This document shows positions 25,363 to 27,343 of a stretch of DNA of 27,343 nt, in pieces. How positions within the stretch are numbered: position 1 is the first letter of the stretch; each line of letters begins with the position of its first letter. The stretch lies in the IMG/VR virus record IMGVR_UViG_2695420565_000003, one strand, 5' to 3'. A model generated the notes under the pieces. It did not search any database, was not told the DNA's origin, and worked only from the letters and a program-made list of their open reading frames with translations. The DNA is from a virus. Taxonomy: Duplodnaviria; Heunggongvirae; Uroviricota; Caudoviricetes. The position numbers and the translations under genes are program-made.

Positions 25363-26360
25363 TGAATAATACTTTAGCAAAGGATATCGAATTTACCGCA
25401 AAAAGCAAACGTGCGACCCCTCCGGTCGAATATGAAACCAGAATCATTAAAGTTTGTCAAGCGCATGGATGGTTATACAGTGGTTTTGTGCTTCCTGTAA
25501 AGAAACCATTCCAGAACACCAAAGTTTGCATAGAAGTTAACGGAAAGGTTAAAACGCCATGTATTAGTCATGTTCTAACTGGTCAGTTTACTGGCAAAGA
25601 TAGAGTATCACCGCCTAAGAAGAAGTTTAGATTTACCGAAGAAGAACACTTAGAAAACGCTCGCAAGTTCTACAAGCCGATAGGGTGGGATGTGTTAGGT
25701 CTGGCTGAACCTTATCAGGGTGTTGACACTAAACTAATTCTTCGTTGTAAGTGCCACGGAAAGATTCACAAGAAAGGTGATTTACACAATAACCGCAGAC
25801 AAGGCGGGTTAACATGCCCTTTGGTTAGGGGGGTACTTAAATCAATTCAGAATGGTAGAAAACAGGTTATCAGAAACAAGTTTGCACAGCGCCCTATGCA
25901 CTTTTATCTAATTCGTGTTGGCGAGAAGTTTTTCAAATATGGAATTACCACTCGCAAAGATCCGATGCAACGGGTAAGAGAACACCAGAAGCACACCAGC
26001 GAGAAAATCACCTTTGAATGCTCACATTTGTTTAACATTGGATGGAAAGCTGGTGATTTAGAAATGGGGATTAAAAAGAATATTCAGGGCAAGAAAATCC
26101 CACGTAAGGTAATGAATAGCGGATTCACAGAAACGCTACCGATTAGCAAGCTGAAAGATGTTAAATCATTCATCAATGAATACATCCACACCAACCCATC
26201 TAAGCCAATGTATTTTGATGATACCAACGCAATCAATCTGAACAACTACATTAGTGATGAAGACATAGAACGAGATTTATCGCAGTGGATGAATGCACCG
26301 TTAGCTGATTTAATACCGGAAGACTTAGAACTCGATTTAAGCCCATTAGAGACACTCTAA
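25362..26360 (+). CDS. T5orf172 / GIY-YIG-like domain protein with an N-terminal Cys/His-rich region
   Basis: 'FYLIRVGEKFFKYGITTRKDPMQRVREHQ' has GIY-(x10)-YIG spacing followed by Arg residues, and the later 'SGFTETLP' resembles the T5orf172 GxTEWF box. The N-terminal half has 'RCKCHGKIHKKGDLH...CP'. Confidence 0.55.
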   Translation: MNNTLAKDIEFTAKSKRATPPVEYETRIIKVCQAHGWLYSGFVLPVKKPFQNTKVCIEVNGKVKTPCISHVLTGQFTGKDRVSPPKKKFRFTEEEHLENARKFYKPIGWDVLGLAEPYQGVDTKLILRCKCHGKIHKKGDLHNNRRQGGLTCPLVRGVLKSIQNGRKQVIRNKFAQRPMHFYLIRVGEKFFKYGITTRKDPMQRVREHQKHTSEKITFECSHLFNIGWKAGDLEMGIKKNIQGKKIPRKVMNSGFTETLPISKLKDVKSFINEYIHTNPSKPMYFDDTNAINLNNYISDEDIERDLSQWMNAPLADLIPEDLELDLSPLETL

Positions 26361-26375
26361 CGCAATTAAATTAAA

Positions 26376-26397
26376 AAGGGGTACGAATGTACCCCTT
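26376..26397. terminator. Bidirectional terminator between convergent genes
   Basis: Perfect AAGGGGTAC-GAAT-GTACCCCTT hairpin with A/T-rich flanks on both sides. Confidence 0.6.
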
Positions 26398-26433
26398 AAC
26401 TGTTTTAGCTCGTTATACGTCGATTTAGGCCGC

Positions 26434-27343
26434 TTAAATTCCAAATTCCTGTAATGGACCTGGTATTTCCTCTTCTGGCTTCCAGTCTTTATCTGTCAGC
26501 ATGTCTAAACATGGATGCAGAACAAGCCCGTTACTCTCCAGAATCTGCCTATCATTGATAGTTTTCAAATCGACAAAGATTTGTCCTTTCCTCGGTCCTC
26601 TTGAATTTTCTATTACAACTCTCTGGGTCTTGCCATCAATGTATTCCAATACAAACAAGTTTTTGTATTTGTCAATCCTGCTACACCCGATCCGTTTTAG
26701 AGCTTGCTTAATCTTAAACCGGACCTTAATGCGATCCTCGTTATAAACATCTTCTAAATCAAATTCTGCGAGCTTCTCCCAGCCTTGAGAGTCCACAGAA
26801 TACATTTCCTCTTCTGCCATCTTAATCTGATTGTAGAGTGTTTCACGCTCGCTATTGAGGGTAGTAATCTGATCGGCTAGCTCCTTCGTTGCTCCTGTCA
26901 TAGCAGAAAGGGCAATCAGGTTATCAATCTTGCGTGATATTTCATCAACCTGTACTTTCAACGCCGGAACCGGATTAGCCTTGTCCTCAGCAACCCAGAT
27001 TTTATCAGCCAGCAATTGCAATACAGCTTTCTCTAATTGATCACCTCGAAAACTCCAGTTTGTATGCACACATGCAATACGACTAGAGCGCATTGCATCG
27101 CATGAATAACGATATTGGTTAGGCCGTTTGTTAGTTCCTTTCACCTTAACCATAGCGGAACCGCAATGTTCACATTTCAGCAGATTAACACCACTAAGCA
27201 GGGGGATCGGTTTAGCTTCTTCTTTGTCTCCATAGTTACATGCTCTAACACCAATTGAACCGCCCCGGGAATCCTGGAGACTAAACTTCCTGAGAAAGAG
27301 GTAAACAGGATGACTAAAAATACTCGTTTTTCCCCTGAAGTCC
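26434..27343 (-). CDS. Large serine recombinase (integrase-type), C-terminal ~302 aa; the 5' part lies beyond the window edge
   Basis: The frame is open to the window edge upstream of the track start. It contains the zinc-ribbon signature 'LLSGVNLLKCEHCGSAMVKVKG...YRYSCDAMRSSRIAC', followed by a coiled-coil segment. TAA stop at 26434. Confidence 0.8.
   Translation of the reverse strand, partial: DFRGKTSIFSHPVYLFLRKFSLQDSRGGSIGVRACNYGDKEEAKPIPLLSGVNLLKCEHCGSAMVKVKGTNKRPNQYRYSCDAMRSSRIACVHTNWSFRGDQLEKAVLQLLADKIWVAEDKANPVPALKVQVDEISRKIDNLIALSAMTGATKELADQITTLNSERETLYNQIKMAEEEMYSVDSQGWEKLAEFDLEDVYNEDRIKVRFKIKQALKRIGCSRIDKYKNLFVLEYIDGKTQRVVIENSRGPRKGQIFVDLKTINDRQILESNGLVLHPCLDMLTDKDWKPEEEIPGPLQEFGI

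Noticed and set aside
26361-26433. Possible attachment site (attP) next to the recombinase gene
   Set aside because: The interval lies at the 3' end of the recombinase gene and is dominated by a perfect terminator hairpin. The attachment site is more likely on the 5' side, beyond the window.
1-27343. Assignment of the window to a T5-like phage, and presence of tRNA genes
   Set aside because: The fiber chaperone domain is T5-like, but TerL is lambda gpA-like and the tail tip is a lambda M-L-K-I/J module, so the genome is not T5-like overall. Intergenic regions are short and contain no cloverleaf-sized candidates, so I call no tRNA genes.

Overview
This window reads as the late (morphogenesis plus lysis) region of a siphovirus-type tailed phage or prophage, almost entirely on the + strand, with an accessory module at the left end and a minus-strand large serine recombinase running off the right edge. 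All calls rest on reading the six-frame translations and the DNA by eye; no searches were run, so family assignments are motif recognition from memory and coordinates of small RNA structures are approximate. Gene order: lambda gpA-like large terminase, a 165-aa unknown, portal, a single-ORF HK97-type prohead protease + acidic scaffold + major capsid fusion, neck proteins, a 1204-aa L-shaped tail fiber with a C-terminal S74-type self-cleaving chaperone, a small major tail tube protein, G/T chaperones with a likely -1 frameshift, tape measure, a lambda-like M-L-K-I/J tip module, a lysis cassette with an M15 endolysin, and a T5orf172/GIY-YIG-like protein. The most unusual observation is that the two genes I take to be the most abundant virion proteins (capsid and tail tube) are two of only four TGA-terminated genes, and each is followed in frame by a paralogous ~41-42 codon acidic-then-basic extension ending in TAA just before a near-identical terminator, which suggests programmed UGA read-through. 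Other points worth a second look are a Rha-like/PD-(D/E)xK nuclease chimera with an apparent 5' frameshift, an I-J fusion, a motif shared between the fiber and a 277-aa neck protein, a perfect 11-bp inverted repeat over a start codon, and the absence of a small terminase gene next to TerL. No tRNA genes or CRISPR arrays were seen.
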